From positions 56,929 through 120,928 of the forward strand of contig JAIETP010000015.1 in the NCBI GenBank assembly GCA_019744975.1: a stretch of DNA of 64,000 bases. The letters run 5' to 3'. Origin of the DNA: Burkholderiales bacterium. GTDB lineage: Bacteria; Pseudomonadota; Gammaproteobacteria; Burkholderiales; SG8-41. The notes under the pieces were generated by a model. That model searched no databases, was not told the DNA's origin, and saw only the letters and a list, made by a program, of their open reading frames with translations. Positions 1 to 10,749 of this stretch are shown piece by piece; within the stretch, counting starts at the first letter, position 1, and the number at the start of each line of letters is the position of its first letter. The position numbers were made by a program, and so were the translations under genes.

Positions 1-2
1 TG

Positions 3-485
3 AAATGGGTGGCCGGCATCGAAGTGCTCAGTGCGCCGCTGAAGGGGCCGTACATGGATTCGAGTTACCGCATGCCCAGGCATCCGGTGGCGCCGGGCAG
101 CAAAATGCCGGAAGACGCGGTCAGCACCGAGGGCTGGCCGATCAAATCAATGATCACCAATCCGGCGCCGAATGCGAGATTCAAGATCGGCAAACCGGTG
201 CTGGTCGCCGGTCACGCCTGGGTTGCCGAGGCCGACATCGAGCGGGTCGAGTTGTCATTCGACGAGGGCCGTAGCTGGCAAAATGCACAACTCAATGCCA
301 AGGCGGCCAAATACGCCTGGCAGACTTTCAGTTACGCCTATACGCCGCGTGGCCCGGGTTATATGACCGTGCTGGCGCGCGCCACCGACAGCAAGGGCAA
401 CACCCAGCCCATCGTCACTCCCTGGAACCCGCTGGGTTATTACTGGAACGGCATCCATCGCGTCGGTTTCAGCGTCGAGTCATGA
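3..485 (+). CDS. Sulfite oxidase/dehydrogenase-family molybdoenzyme, C-terminal fragment (SorA-like); the 5' end lies outside the window
   Basis: The frame is open to the window edge. The C-terminal sequence (..SKGNTQPIVTPWNPLGYYWNGIHRV..) looks like a Moco-dimerisation domain. The ATGA stop/start overlap with the downstream cytochrome c matches sorAB-type operons. Confidence 0.7.
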   Translation, partial: KWVAGIEVLSAPLKGPYMDSSYRMPRHPVAPGSKMPEDAVSTEGWPIKSMITNPAPNARFKIGKPVLVAGHAWVAEADIERVELSFDEGRSWQNAQLNAKAAKYAWQTFSYAYTPRGPGYMTVLARATDSKGNTQPIVTPWNPLGYYWNGIHRVGFSVES

Positions 486-1108
486 CCTTGCGACAGCGAT
501 ACTGGCTGGCGGCTGGGGCCGCCATCTGCCTGTTGGGCGCGAGCGGCACAGCCATCGCGCCGCTCGCGGCGCAGGAACAGATTGCACCCTCAAAAACGCT
601 GACGCCGGGCAAAGGCTCCGAACTGACCACCGCGCGCTGCGTGATCTGCCACGACGCCACGCATATCACGCGTTCCAGGCTGTCGCGCGCCGAATGGGAA
701 GACAACATCCAGGTGATGATCAAGCGCGGCATGCCGATCGCGCCGGACGAAATCCCGGTGGTTGTCGAGTATCTTGCGACGTACTACAGCCATGCCGCGC
801 CTCCGGCGGCTGACAGCGCCCCTGTCGCAGCTTCAGCGCCAGCCGCAGCTGCCGAGGATCCGGTGCAGAAGCTGCTGACCACGAATGCCTGCATGGCCTG
901 TCATGCCCTTGACCGCAAACTGGTGGGGCCCGGATTCCGCGAGATTGCACAGCGTTACCAGGGTGACAATGCTGCGCCGGAAAAACTGGCGCGCAAGATC
1001 CGTGAAGGCGGGGTCGGTGCCTGGGGTGCCATTCCGATGCCGCCGCATCAGCAGCTCGGCAGTGCAGACCTGGCGTTGATCGTGACCTGGGTGATGCGCC
1101 AGAAGTAG
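482..1108 (+). CDS. Dihaem c-type cytochrome (SorB-like electron acceptor fused to a class I c551/c552-like domain)
   Basis: There is a signal-peptide-like N-terminus and two CxxCH motifs (CVICH and CMACH). The C-terminal half matches cytochrome c551/552 (..CHALDRKLVGPGFREIAQRY..GAIPMPP..). Confidence 0.8.
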   Translation: MTLRQRYWLAAGAAICLLGASGTAIAPLAAQEQIAPSKTLTPGKGSELTTARCVICHDATHITRSRLSRAEWEDNIQVMIKRGMPIAPDEIPVVVEYLATYYSHAAPPAADSAPVAASAPAAAAEDPVQKLLTTNACMACHALDRKLVGPGFREIAQRYQGDNAAPEKLARKIREGGVGAWGAIPMPPHQQLGSADLALIVTWVMRQK

Positions 1109-1152
1109 CCCGAGCTGATTTCTGCGTTAATCCTGCATCTCGTCATAATATT

Positions 1153-1180
1153 GTAAGTATTTGTTTTTATTAAATAATTT
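1153..1180 (+). repeat. AT-rich dispersed repeat, copy (variant)
   Basis: gtaagtatttgtttttattaaataattt. It shares tatttgtttttatt with the copies at 49235 and 54825. Confidence 0.7.
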
Positions 1181-1213
1181 GGCAATCCGCCGTTAATACC
1201 CACACGCCGCGCA

Positions 1214-1241
1214 TTGAAAACCGGCAATTCATGCCCCATTT
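1214..1241 (+). promoter_or_regulatory. Sigma32 (RpoH) heat-shock promoter of clpB
   Basis: TTGAAA (1214-1219), a 14-nt spacer, then CCCCATTT (1234-1241). This matches the consensus TTGAAA-N13/14-CCCCATNT and lies about 35 nt upstream of the clpB ATG. Confidence 0.65.
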
Positions 1242-1276
1242 CGTGAATATCCGTATTCACTGGCAATGGAATTCCA

Positions 1277-3877
<2,601 letters not shown>

Positions 3878-4240
3878 GTTTTACCGGGAATGTTTTACCC
3901 GAGATACGTGCGCTAAGTTTTTGTTTTTCCGAAGGCAATAAATCATGCTGCCTGCTGAATTCATTGCCGGATGATTCATGATGTTTACTGACGGAAAAAA
4001 AGGGCAAAAAATCCTTTGACGTCTGTCATTGACAGGCGTAGAAATGTAAACAGAGTTGCGCAGCACTGCGGATCCGGTACCGGGATGCGCAGAGTGCGAG
4101 ATTCCGGGCAACCGTCCGGGTATCGCCTGTCAAGGCGACAGCCGCAAGCTGCAGCCGGCGCAAATCCGGAGTGGTGTGATGCCATTCATCAAAGGACGCC
4201 GCTCTATGGTGGCGCCGCACCGGGCAACCGGTCGCAACAA

Positions 4241-4261
4241 AGCCCCGCTCAATGCGGGGCT
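4241..4261. terminator. GC-rich hairpin, most likely the terminator of the minus-strand hydrolase/OsmC gene (possibly bidirectional)
   Basis: AGCCCCGC-tcaat-GCGGGGCT. On the minus strand it is followed by TTTGTT; the plus-strand T-tract is only TTT. Confidence 0.55.
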
Positions 4262-4295
4262 TTCCATTGGGAGCGTGCTCCAGTTACGGCGGAAG

Positions 4296-5519
4296 TCACG
4301 GGGCCACTTGACGGGTTTTGATCGAAACCTCGGAATGCAGTGTCCGGTGTACCGGGCATTTGTCGGCGATCTCCATCAGCCGCGTGCGCTGCTCCGGGCT
4401 GAGCGCGCCAGCGAGGCTGATTTCGCGATCGATGTGGTCTATCCTGCCTTCCCGGGTTTCGCAGTCGGCGCAGTCGGCAGCATGGATTTTTTGGTGGCTG
4501 AGCCGTACGGTGACGCGTTCCAGCGGCCATTGCTTCTGCTCGGCGTACAGGCGCAGGGTCATCGAGGTGCAGGCACCGAGGCCGGCAAGCAGGAAATCAT
4601 AGGGGCCAGGGCCGCTGTCGGTGCCGCCGGATGCCACGGGTTCGTCTGCGCGCAGATGATGCCGGCCTGCTGTTACGGTCTGGGTGAATTTGGCTTCCCG
4701 CGTTTCGCGCACCACCACCACACCGGGTTCACCGCTCTCCACCTTGTCGGGCTGCGTCGCTGTTGCGATGTAGCGGCTGGCCCAGGCCGCGAGCACGGCG
4801 GCGACATAGACGGCATCAGCCTTGCGCGTCAACAGATGATCGGCGGTGTCCAGCGACACAAAACTCTTGGGATGTTTGGCCGCAACGAAGATTTTCGCGG
4901 CGTTGTCGATGTCGACCGTGGTGTCGTGTGGCGAATGAAACACCAGCAGGGCCTTGCGCAGGGCGGCAATACGTGAGGCATTGCTCTGGCTCGCAATATC
5001 GTCGAGAAACTGTTTTTTGATACGGAATCTGCGACCACCAAGATCGACTTCGGCCTCGCCTGCGGCTTCGATGTCCGGCGCCGCACCGTGAAGGAGGTGA
5101 CGCACATGGCCGGGGTCGAAAGGTGCACCTATGGTGGCTACGGCCGCCGCTTCCGGGACCTGTGCGGCGGCGGCGAGGACTGCTGCGCCGCCCAGGCTGT
5201 GCCCGATCATTACGCGGGGAGCCTGATGATGCTCGCGCAACCAGTTCGCGGCAGCAACCAGATCGGCAATGTTGGAGGTGAAATTGGTATTGGCGAACTC
5301 CCCCTCGCTGCCGCCGAGTCCCGTGAAATCGAAACGCAACACGCCAAAACCGTGCTCGACCAGGGCGGCGCTGATGCGCGTCGCCGCCAGCGTGTCCTTG
5401 GAGCAGGTGAAGCAATGCGCGAACAACGCATAGGCTGCTGCCGGTTGCTCCGGCAGATCAAGCCGTGCCGCCAACGGCGTTGCGAAAGCGCCGGGAAAAT
5501 GTACCGCATGTGTACTCAT
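4296..5519 (-). CDS. Bifunctional alpha/beta-hydrolase / OsmC-family peroxiredoxin-like fusion protein
   Basis: The N-terminal half has an alpha/beta-hydrolase nucleophile elbow (GHSLGG). The C-terminal roughly 140 aa are OsmC-like (..GPGPYDFLLAGLGACTSMTL..CPVHRTL). The start was moved to MSTHAVHF (5519); the 5' part of the ORF-track model looks like read-through. Confidence 0.8.
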   Translation of the reverse strand: MSTHAVHFPGAFATPLAARLDLPEQPAAAYALFAHCFTCSKDTLAATRISAALVEHGFGVLRFDFTGLGGSEGEFANTNFTSNIADLVAAANWLREHHQAPRVMIGHSLGGAAVLAAAAQVPEAAAVATIGAPFDPGHVRHLLHGAAPDIEAAGEAEVDLGGRRFRIKKQFLDDIASQSNASRIAALRKALLVFHSPHDTTVDIDNAAKIFVAAKHPKSFVSLDTADHLLTRKADAVYVAAVLAAWASRYIATATQPDKVESGEPGVVVVRETREAKFTQTVTAGRHHLRADEPVASGGTDSGPGPYDFLLAGLGACTSMTLRLYAEQKQWPLERVTVRLSHQKIHAADCADCETREGRIDHIDREISLAGALSPEQRTRLMEIADKCPVHRTLHSEVSIKTRQVAP

Positions 5520-5640
5520 GGCGCTGCTCCATGGTGGGTGTCGGGGAGTGTCATGGGTGCCGCCGCCGGGCATCGCGCGGCACGCATGGTGGTATCATTG
5601 CATGCCCGCAATCGTCACAGAGTATTCAGGAGAAAATAAT

Positions 5641-6621
5641 TTGAAATCAAATATTTATCTAACATCCCTGATGTGGGCTGCGGCCTGCGCCGCGATCCAT
5701 GCGGCACCGGCAGTTGCGCAGATTTATCCGGTAAAACCGGTACGCATGATCATCCCGTTTTCAGCCGGCGGCGCAGCCGACGTGCCGGGGCGCATCGTGA
5801 TGCAGCAGCTCTCCGCGGTGCTCAAGCAGCAGGTCATCGTTGAGAACCGGTCCGGCGCCGGTTCGACCATAGGCGCCGATATCGCGGCAAAATCCGCACC
5901 CGACGGTTATACCATTTTCATGATCAGCAACACGCACTTCGTCAGCGCGGCCCTGCATAAAAAACTGCCTTACGATTCGCTGAACGATTTCACTCCGGTC
6001 ACTCAGATCACCAGCGCACCGAATGTGCTGGTGGTGCACCCTTCATTGCCGGTGAAATCGGTAAAAGACCTGATCGCACTCGCAAAAGCCAGGCCCGGCC
6101 AGATCGACTATGCATCGTCGGGTAATGGCAGCACCCAGCATCTGACCGGAGCGCTGTTTGCCAGCATGGCCGGTATCAGGCTGACGCACATCCCGTATCG
6201 CGGCAGTGGTCCGGTGACGGCCGACCTGCTCGGCGGCCAGGTGATGGTGGCATTTCCCGGCATCGCCGGCATGCTGGCGCATATCAAGAGCGGCAAACTG
6301 CGTCCGCTGGGTGTCACCGGAGCGAAACGTTCGCCGGAACTGCCCAATGTGCCGACGATTGCCGAGGCCGGTGTCAAAGGTTATGAAATGGTGGCCTGGT
6401 TCGGCGTGGCCGGGCCCAAGGGCCTGCCGCGCGAAATCCAGATGAAGCTGCACGCCGATCTGCTGCGGGTGCTGAAAGCGCCGGAAATGGGCGGCAGCCT
6501 GCAGGCGGTCGGGCAGGAGCCGGCGTGGCAGGATACACCGGAGAAGTTTTTTGATTTCATGAAAGTCGAAGCCACGAAATGGGCCAAGGTGGTCAAGGCC
6601 AGCGGCGCGGAAATCAACTGA
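5641..6621 (+). CDS. Bug/TctC-family tripartite tricarboxylate transporter substrate-binding protein
   Basis: Typical Bug motifs (YPVKPVRMIIPFSAGGAADV.., ..DYASSGNGSTQHL..). A TTG start at 5641 lies 9 nt after AGGAG; an ATG at 5671 is the alternative. No tctA/tctB gene is adjacent. Confidence 0.85.
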   Translation: MKSNIYLTSLMWAAACAAIHAAPAVAQIYPVKPVRMIIPFSAGGAADVPGRIVMQQLSAVLKQQVIVENRSGAGSTIGADIAAKSAPDGYTIFMISNTHFVSAALHKKLPYDSLNDFTPVTQITSAPNVLVVHPSLPVKSVKDLIALAKARPGQIDYASSGNGSTQHLTGALFASMAGIRLTHIPYRGSGPVTADLLGGQVMVAFPGIAGMLAHIKSGKLRPLGVTGAKRSPELPNVPTIAEAGVKGYEMVAWFGVAGPKGLPREIQMKLHADLLRVLKAPEMGGSLQAVGQEPAWQDTPEKFFDFMKVEATKWAKVVKASGAEIN

Positions 6622-6651
6622 CATTGCGCCGCAACATCCCTGTTTTGCATT

Positions 6652-6680
6652 AAACGCCGCTTCTTGCGGCGTTTTTTTTG
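6652..6680 (+). terminator. Rho-independent terminator
   Basis: AAACGCCGC-ttctt-GCGGCGTTT followed by a T-run. Confidence 0.8.
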
Positions 6681-6740
6681 CACTTCACCAGCAAGTTGTT
6701 ACCATGTGACAGGAAATTCAAAATAAAACCGGAGGAGATT

Positions 6741-7709
6741 ATGGTTAAAGTAACCGCAGGAAATGTCGTGTTCATGGCAGTTGGCGTCATGCTCGGCTCC
6801 ACAGCCGCCGCGCAAAATTATCCCGAACGGCCGGTGCGGATGATCATTCCGTTCGCTGCGGGTGGCGCGACCGACGTGCCGACCCGGGTGATGTCAGCCA
6901 AGCTGGCGGAACGTCTGGGGCAACAGTTCGTGGTTGATAACCGGCCGGGACAGGGCGGCGCCCTGGGTACCGCAGTGGCGGCCAAGGCCGAACCCGATGG
7001 TTATACGATCCTGCAGGTCGCCACGCCCTTCGTGGTCAGCCCGCATGTTTACAGCAAGCTGAGCTACGACCCGCTGAAGGATTTTGTGCCGGTGACCCAG
7101 TTCGGCTCGGCGCCGAATGTGCTGGTGGTGCATCCTTCCTTGCCGGCCAAATCAGTCAAGGAACTGATCGCGCTGGCCAAAAGTCAGCCGGGCAAACTCG
7201 ACTGGGCATCATCCGGCACCGGCGGCGGTCAGCATTTGTTCGGCGAGCTGTTCATGTCCATGGCAGACATCAAGATCACCCATATTTCGTACAAGGGCAG
7301 CGGTGCTGCCGCCGCAGATTTGCTGGGTGGCCAGGTAAAAATCGGTTTTCCCGGCATTGCCATTGCCCTGCAGCACCACAAGTCGGGTCGCCTGCTCGCG
7401 TTGGCGGTGACTACTGCACAGCGTTCGCAGCAGATGCCCGACGTGCCGAGCGTGGCCGAAGCCGGTGTTCCGGGTTACGAGGCAACGTTCTGGATGGGTA
7501 TGGTAGTGCCGAAGGGTACGCCCAAAAACATCATCGACAAGCTGCAGCGCGAAACCACTGCACTGCTCAAATCACCCGAGGTCGTTGAGGGATTCAAACG
7601 TGCAGGCACCGATGCGGCGCCATCAAACCCCGAACAGTTCCGCAAGTTCATTCAATCGGAATATGACAAATGGGGCAAGGTCATCCGTACGGTGGGTATC
7701 AAGGCCTGA
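6741..7709 (+). CDS. Bug/TctC-family substrate-binding protein
   Basis: Start MVKVTAGN at 6741, preceded by GGAGGAG. The sequence carries Bug motifs (YPERPVRMIIPFAAGGATDV..). Confidence 0.88.
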   Translation: MVKVTAGNVVFMAVGVMLGSTAAAQNYPERPVRMIIPFAAGGATDVPTRVMSAKLAERLGQQFVVDNRPGQGGALGTAVAAKAEPDGYTILQVATPFVVSPHVYSKLSYDPLKDFVPVTQFGSAPNVLVVHPSLPAKSVKELIALAKSQPGKLDWASSGTGGGQHLFGELFMSMADIKITHISYKGSGAAAADLLGGQVKIGFPGIAIALQHHKSGRLLALAVTTAQRSQQMPDVPSVAEAGVPGYEATFWMGMVVPKGTPKNIIDKLQRETTALLKSPEVVEGFKRAGTDAAPSNPEQFRKFIQSEYDKWGKVIRTVGIKA

Positions 7710-7718
7710 TACCGCTGA

Positions 7719-7760
7719 CCCGATAAAAAACGCCGCCTGCGGGCGGCGTTTTTTATCGGG
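7719..7760. terminator. Bidirectional Rho-independent terminator
   Basis: Extended palindrome CCCGATAAAAAACGCCGCC-tgcg-GGCGGCGTTTTTTATCGGG lying between convergent genes. Confidence 0.85.
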
Positions 7761-7771
7761 CGGGGCCTGCG

Positions 7772-8653
7772 TCAAGCTGCGCTGCGCTCAGGCCACATTT
7801 CCGCCAGGCCGTCGGCATCCGTGGCGGAAATGGTGGTGCGGATCATGTGACGGGGTTCGGTGACCGACCATGGCCGCCCGCGGTGCATCGTGGCCCGGTT
7901 GTCCCACATGATGACGTCGCCGGGCTGCCAGCGGTGCTGGTAGATGTGTTCCGGCTGCGTGGCAAAAGCGGTCAGTTCATCAATCAGTTGCAGCGCTTCC
8001 TCGCGGCCCATGCCGTCAATGGCGCAGGTATGCGAGGCGATGTACAGCGCGTCACGGCCGTTCACCGGGTTGCGCCAGCGCATGCGCCAGGACACCGCGG
8101 GCATTGTTGAACGTTCACGTTCGGAGGCCAGGTGCGGCGCAATTTTTCCGCGCGAGTGCGCGTAGTCATGCCAGGCGTATGCGTTATCGAGTTTTTTGCG
8201 CATTTCACCCGGCAGCCGCTCCCAGGTCAGCCGCATCGAAGTGAATTCGGTTTCGCCGCCGGTTGTGGCCACAGTCCTGCCTGACAGCACCGACGCCAGT
8301 GCCGGCGGAATCTTGAAACAGCTGTCGGTGTGCCACAGCTGATTCGCCTTGGCGCGCAATTCCTCCTTGTGGCCGGGTGGCACCAGCGTGCCATCGGGTT
8401 CGACATTGGTCAGGATGCTGAACGGCGTGCCTTCACCGCGTGAAGCGGCTTTGGCGATTTCCAGCGGGCCGAATTTTCGTGAAAAAGCCATCTGCAGTTC
8501 ATTGGTGATCGGCTGCGCACGGAATACCAGCACCGAATGTTCTTCAAAAGCGGCGCGCACCGCGGCATAAATTTCATCGCTGGCCGCGACATCAGCCATG
8601 CCGGCGCCGCGTACTTCAGCGGCAAATCCCGGGCCCAGCGGTATCAGTTCCAT
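7772..8653 (-). CDS. TauD/TfdA-family Fe(II)/2-oxoglutarate-dependent dioxygenase
   Basis: TauD-like sequence (..WHTDSCF.., ..MWDNRATMHRG..). The start at MELIPLG (8653) has GAGGAG 9 nt upstream. Confidence 0.85.
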   Translation of the reverse strand: MELIPLGPGFAAEVRGAGMADVAASDEIYAAVRAAFEEHSVLVFRAQPITNELQMAFSRKFGPLEIAKAASRGEGTPFSILTNVEPDGTLVPPGHKEELRAKANQLWHTDSCFKIPPALASVLSGRTVATTGGETEFTSMRLTWERLPGEMRKKLDNAYAWHDYAHSRGKIAPHLASERERSTMPAVSWRMRWRNPVNGRDALYIASHTCAIDGMGREEALQLIDELTAFATQPEHIYQHRWQPGDVIMWDNRATMHRGRPWSVTEPRHMIRTTISATDADGLAEMWPERSAA

Positions 8654-8666
8654 CGGCGTCTTCTCC

Positions 8667-9128
8667 TCAGACTGCATGCGGCATGGTGCCGCCAGCAGAT
8701 TCTACGCCCCGGTGTGCCGTAAATTCCTCCGGAGTCACGATATGGAACGGCAGTGGCGGGCGGTGCCGCGCCAGCGCCAGCAGTGCCTGATCCCTGCTCA
8801 GCAGGTAATGGGCACCGGTGCCTGCGGCCAGCTCAAGAAATTTCTGGTCATCGCTGTCCGCGCATGCGGGCAGGGTGATGGTGCAGGGTGTTTCCACTGT
8901 GCGCGAGACAGCACGGCATCGGTCAATGCAGTTGATCTGCTGCCCGGCATCCAGTGTCCATTTCTGCAGCGGATAAGCGAGTACGCGCAGCAACTCGGCT
9001 TCGCAATCGGCGTTGATGACGACTTCAGCCTCGCCCGCATCAACAGCCACCTGCAGCGCTTTGATGCCCGGATCATCAAACACCAGCCAGTCCAGCCAGA
9101 CATTGGTGTCCAGCACCAGCCGCAGCAT
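8667..9128 (-). CDS. PIN-domain protein (putative toxin-antitoxin toxin component, PIN family)
   Basis: N-terminus MLRLVLDTNVWLDWL.. with acidic residues spaced as in the PIN fold. It is packed tightly between the thioesterase and TauD genes. Confidence 0.7.
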   Translation of the reverse strand: MLRLVLDTNVWLDWLVFDDPGIKALQVAVDAGEAEVVINADCEAELLRVLAYPLQKWTLDAGQQINCIDRCRAVSRTVETPCTITLPACADSDDQKFLELAAGTGAHYLLSRDQALLALARHRPPLPFHIVTPEEFTAHRGVESAGGTMPHAV

Positions 9129-9130
9129 GA

Positions 9131-9571
9131 TTACCCGGCCCTGGCCGTGGCCGGCTTCAGCGATTTCCAGGTGGAGGTCGCGCAGGCGATCATTTCACCC
9201 TGTTCATCCACAAGCTCCGAACGCAGGAATGAAATGCTGCGGCCGTGGCGGATGAAGCGTGCAACGCAGGTCAGGCGGCCGGCCTTTGCCGCCTTCAGAT
9301 ACTGCACCTTCATTTCCAGCGTTGCACCGGGGCCGCTCGTACGATGCAGCAGGTGGCCCATCGAAATGTCGAGCACAAAGGCGCTGATGCCGCCGTGCAG
9401 ACCGCCCTGGGGGTTGAACATGAAATCCTTCAGATCGAATGTGATGCGGCATTCTTCCGCGGTATAGGCCAACTCGAGGCCGAACAGGCGTGCAAGGAAA
9501 AATTTGCCGAAGTCCTGCTCGTAAGTGGCCAGGGCCTGTTCAAAGGCCTGGCGTGCTGCGGATTCATCCAT
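9131..9571 (-). CDS. PaaI-family (hotdog-fold) thioesterase
   Basis: 146 aa with ..NPQGGLHGGISAFVLDISMG.., typical of PaaI/YbgC-like thioesterases. Confidence 0.75.
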   Translation of the reverse strand: MDESAARQAFEQALATYEQDFGKFFLARLFGLELAYTAEECRITFDLKDFMFNPQGGLHGGISAFVLDISMGHLLHRTSGPGATLEMKVQYLKAAKAGRLTCVARFIRHGRSISFLRSELVDEQGEMIACATSTWKSLKPATARAG

Positions 9572-9684
9572 GGGTTATGACATCCAGTCAAGGTTTTCGA
9601 AAGCCGAATGCTAACACCGCAAGCCTTTGTTATATTGGCTGCAGTTGCCGTATCAAAAAATCAAACCAGCAGGAGGCGGGCAAT

Positions 9685-10692
9685 ATGCGAGTACTTGCGA
9701 TTCGTGCAAGTGCGGGATGGATGTGCGGATTATTGCTGTTGCTGTTCTTCGTCGGCAGCGTCCAGGCGCAACCCGCCGGCTGGAAGCCCGACCGTGTGAT
9801 TGAAATCATCGTTGGCACTGCGCCCGGCGCGGCTCCGGACAAAACGGCAAGGCTGATCCAGCGCCTGTGGCAGACGCGCGGCCTGTATGACGGCCCGGTA
9901 ACGGTGGTCAACAAACCGGGGGGCGGCAACCTGATTGCCTGGAACTATCTCAACCAGCACGCCGGCAACGGGCATTACCAGATGATCGGTAATTTCAATG
10001 TGCTGATCAGCAGGGCCATTGGCCAGAGTCCCTACGCGCACTCCGATTACACCTGGATCGCGATGCTGTTCGATGAATTTTTTGCGGTTTCGGTGCGCGC
10101 CGATTCGCCGATTGCGAGTGGCAGGGATTTAACCGCGCGCCTGCTGAAGGATGCCGGTTCGGTGGTGATCGGCGTATCGACGTCGATCGGTGGCGCCAAC
10201 CACCTGTCAGCGGCCCTGGCATTGCAGCGGGCCGGAGTGGATCCGCGACGGGTGAAATTTGTCGCCTTCAAAGGCAGCGCGGACTCGGTGACTGCATTGC
10301 TGGGCGGCCATATCGATGCGGTGGCAACCGCCGTTTCCGCGGTTGTACCGCATGTGCGTAACGGTCAGTTGCGCACGATTGCCGTATCTTCGCCACAACG
10401 CCTCGGCGGCGCGCTGGCTGCGGTGCCAACCTGGGCAGAGCAGGGCATCAAGGGCACGATGACCAATTTTCGTGCCGTGATCGCGCCCAAAGGCACTGAC
10501 GCCGGTGCCGTGAAATTCTGGGAAACGCGTTACGCCGAACTGGCGGCGCAGGATGAATGGAAAAAAGACCTGGAAGCCAATCTGTGGGCCTGGAATTTTC
10601 TCGATGCCGGCAAGACCGTGGCGGCGGTGGCTGAATACGCCGGTGATGTGGATGCGCTGGTCGGTATCCTGGGTTTACGCAAAACGCCTTGA
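9685..10692 (+). CDS. Bug/TctC-family substrate-binding protein
   Basis: Start MRVLAIRAS.. at 9685 after AGGAGG, followed by a signal peptide and a TctC-like body. The ORF-track 5' extension overlaps the divergent thioesterase gene and is unlikely. Confidence 0.8.
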   Translation: MRVLAIRASAGWMCGLLLLLFFVGSVQAQPAGWKPDRVIEIIVGTAPGAAPDKTARLIQRLWQTRGLYDGPVTVVNKPGGGNLIAWNYLNQHAGNGHYQMIGNFNVLISRAIGQSPYAHSDYTWIAMLFDEFFAVSVRADSPIASGRDLTARLLKDAGSVVIGVSTSIGGANHLSAALALQRAGVDPRRVKFVAFKGSADSVTALLGGHIDAVATAVSAVVPHVRNGQLRTIAVSSPQRLGGALAAVPTWAEQGIKGTMTNFRAVIAPKGTDAGAVKFWETRYAELAAQDEWKKDLEANLWAWNFLDAGKTVAAVAEYAGDVDALVGILGLRKTP

Positions 10693-10711
10693 TTGTCTCG
10701 TTCGGGTATCA

Positions 10712-10744
10712 ATATAAGTATTTGATTTTATTGATAATTTAAAT
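10712..10744 (+). repeat. AT-rich dispersed repeat, core copy
   Basis: atataagtatttgattttattgataatttaaat. It is 30/33 identical to the reverse complement of 40307..40339. Confidence 0.9.
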
Positions 10745-10749
10745 ACGGT

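Noticed and set aside
4064-4160. A cluster of restriction-site-like palindromes (GGATCC, GGTACC, CTGCAG) read as a cloning-vector or polylinker scar.
   Set aside because: The sites are embedded in otherwise native-looking GC-rich sequence with no vector backbone features. Such hexamers are expected by chance in GC-rich palindromic hairpins.
10712-10744. The AT-rich repeat read as a Fur box, an IHF site (WATCAANNNNTTR) or an FNR site (TTGAT-N4-ATCAA).
   Set aside because: The hexamer phasing does not fit the GATAAT-type Fur array. The TTR element of the IHF consensus is absent at the required spacing. The two TTGAT half-sites are direct rather than inverted, so the FNR/CRP dyad is not satisfied. 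The resemblance to an H-NS nucleation motif is kept only as a hypothesis.
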